The notes beneath the pieces were generated by a model. The model was not told where the DNA came from and did not search any database. It saw nothing but the letters and a program-made list of their open reading frames with translations. A stretch of DNA of 64,000 nucleotides from Dendrobates tinctorius (Eukaryota), in NCBI RefSeq assembly GCF_039654945.1, contig NW_027361834.1, positions 1,426,001 to 1,490,000 on the forward strand, read 5' to 3'. Shown piece after piece: positions 61,519 to 64,000 of this stretch. The translations under genes and the position numbers were made by a program. The stretch's first letter is position 1. Each line of letters starts with the position of its first letter.

Positions 61519-64000
61519 AGCGTGTGGTCTACTTAAACATTAACATTATAGCGTGCGTTCAACCTGCTCATTAACATAGCGCGTGGCCTACGCACTCATT
61601 AACATTATAGCATGCTGTCTACCTGCTCCCTAACATTATAGCTTGCAGTCTACGCGCTCATTGACATTATAGCATGCTGTCTACCTGCACATTAACATTA
61701 TAGCGTGCGGTCTACCTGCTCATTAACATTATAGCTGGCAGTCTACGCGCACATTGACATTATAGCGTGTGGTCTACCTGCACATTAACATTATAGCGTG
61801 CTGTCTACCTGCTCATTAACATTATAGCGTGCTGTCTACCTGCTCATTAACATTATAGCTGGCAGTCTACGCGCACATTGACATTATAGCGTGTGGTCTA
61901 CCTGCTCATTAACATTATAGCGTGCTGTCTACCTGCTCATTAACATTATAGCGTGCTGTCTACCTGCTCATTAACATTATAGCGTGCTGTCTACCTGCTC
62001 ATTAACATTATAGCGTGCTGTCTACCTGCTCATTAACATTATAGCGTGCTGTCTACCTGCTCATTAACATTATAGCGTGCTGTCTACCTGCTCATTAACA
62101 TTATAGCGTGCTGTCTACCTGCTCATTAACATTATAGCGTGCTGTCTACCTGCTCATTAACATTATAGCGTGCTGTCTACCTGCTCATTAACATTATAGC
62201 TGGCAGTCTACGCGCACATTGACATTATAGCGTGTGGTCTACCTGCACATTAACATTATAGCGTGCTGTCTACCTGCTCATTAACATTATAGCGTGCGGT
62301 CTACCTGCTCATTAACATTATAGCTGGCAGTCTACGCGCACATTGACATTATAGCGTGTGGTCTACCTGCTCATTAACATTATAGCGTGCGGTCTACCTG
62401 CTCATTAACATTATAGCGTGCTGTCTACCTGCACATTAACATTATAGCGTGCTGTCTACCTGCTCATTAACATTATAGCGTGCTGTCTACCTGCTCATTA
62501 ACATTATAGCGTGCTGTCTACCTGCTCATTAACATTATAGCGTGCTGTCTACCTGCTCATTAACATTATAGCGTGCGGTCTACCTGCTCATTAACATTAT
62601 AGCGTGCGGTCTACCTGCTCATTAACATTATAGCGTGCGGTCTACCTGCTCATTAACATTATAGCGTGCGGTCTACCTGCTCATTAACATTATAGCGTGC
62701 GGTCTACCTGCTCATTAACATTATAGCGTGCTGTCTACCTGCTCATTAACATTATAGCGTGCTGTCTACCTGCTCATTAACATTATAGCGTGCTGTCTAC
62801 CTGCTCATTAACATTATAGCGTGCTGTCTACCTGCTCATTAACATTATAGCGTGCTGTCTACCTGCTCATTAACATTATAGCGTGCTGTCTACCTGCTCA
62901 TTAACATTATAGCTGGCAGTCTACGCGCACATTGACATTATAGCGTGTGGTCTACCTGCATATTAACATTATAGCGTGCTGTCTACCTGCTCATTAACAT
63001 TATAGCGTGCGGTCTACCTGCTCATTAACATTATAGCTGGCAGTCTACGCGCACATTGACATTATAGCGTGTGGTCTACCTGCTCATTAACATTATAGCG
63101 TGCTGTCTACCTGCTCATTAACATTATAGCGTGCTGTCTACCTGCTCATTAACATTATAGCGTGCGGTCTACCTGCTCATTAACATTATAGCGTGCTGTC
63201 TACCTGCACATTAACATTATAGCGTGCTGTCTACCTGCTCATTAACATTATAGCGTGCGGTCTACCTGCTCATTAACATTATAGCGTGCGGTCTACCTGC
63301 TCATTAACATTATAGCGTGCTGTCTACCTGCTCATTAACATTATAGCGTGCTGTCTACCTGCTCATTAACATTATAGCGTGCGGTCTACCTGCTCATTAA
63401 CATTATAGCGTGCTGTCTACCTGCTCATTAACATTATAGCGTGCTGTCTACCTGCTCATTAACATTATAGCGTGCGGTCTACCTGCTCATTAACATTATA
63501 GCGTGCTGTCTACCTGCACATTAACATTATAGCGTGCTGTCTACCTGCACATTAACATTATAGCGTGCTGTCTACCTGCTCATTAACATTATAGCGTGCG
63601 GCCTACCTGCTCATTAACATTATAGCGTGCGGTCTACCTGCTCATTAACATTATAGCGTGCTGTCTACCTGCTCATTAACATTATAGCGTGCGGTCTACC
63701 TGCTCATTAACATTATAGCGTGCGGTCTACCTGCTCATTAACATTATAGCGTGCTGTCTACCTGCACATTAACATTATAGCGTGCTGTCTACCTGCTCAT
63801 TAACATTATAGCGTGCGGTCTACCTGCTCATTAACATTATAGCGTGCGGTCTACCTGCTCATTAACATTATAGCGTGCTGTCTACCTGCTCATTAACATT
63901 ATAGCGTGCGGTCTACCTGCTCATTAACATTATAGCGTGCGGTCTACCTGCTCATTAACATTATAGCGTGCTGTCTACCTGCTCATTAACATTATAGCGT
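61519..64000. repeat. 31-bp satellite, right (homogenised) block, running off the window
   Basis: ACATTATAGCGTGC(T/G)GTCTACCTGCTCATTA, about 80 copies. Confidence 0.97.

Overview
Eukaryotic (vertebrate) genomic DNA. The repeat content suggests an anuran amphibian, which is an inference. Two host genes sit head-to-head on a shared CpG-rich promoter. FKBP14 is on the minus strand and complete (4 exons, 206 aa, ends in HDEL). PLEKHA8/FAPP2 is on the plus strand, with coding exons 1-11 present and the remainder beyond the window. A second CpG-rich patch near 20 kb has a minus-strand splice donor and is probably the first exon of the next syntenic gene (SCRN1, inferred). The rest is transposon-dense. 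The main discovery is a 9.4-kb PIF/Harbinger element (5427-14865) that the ORF track largely misses because both of its genes are spliced. It carries an intact 4-exon, 429-aa DDE transposase and a convergent 4-exon MADF/Myb-like partner with C-terminal frameshifts. The first intron of each gene carries a telomere-like GGGATTAG repeat. The element lies inside a solo LTR that lies inside a TTAA MITE, and it contains a further MITE within its own minisatellite. Also present: an LTR element inserted into a DD37E (TRT-type) Tc1 transposase, a full-length decayed Tc1, two non-autonomous Helitrons, many Harbinger, T2/Kolobok and pogo-type MITEs, a near full-length CR1 LINE (esterase ORF1) splitting a 31-bp satellite, and two unclassified TSD-flanked inserts with terminal fold-backs. 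All coordinates were read by eye and no database searches were run.
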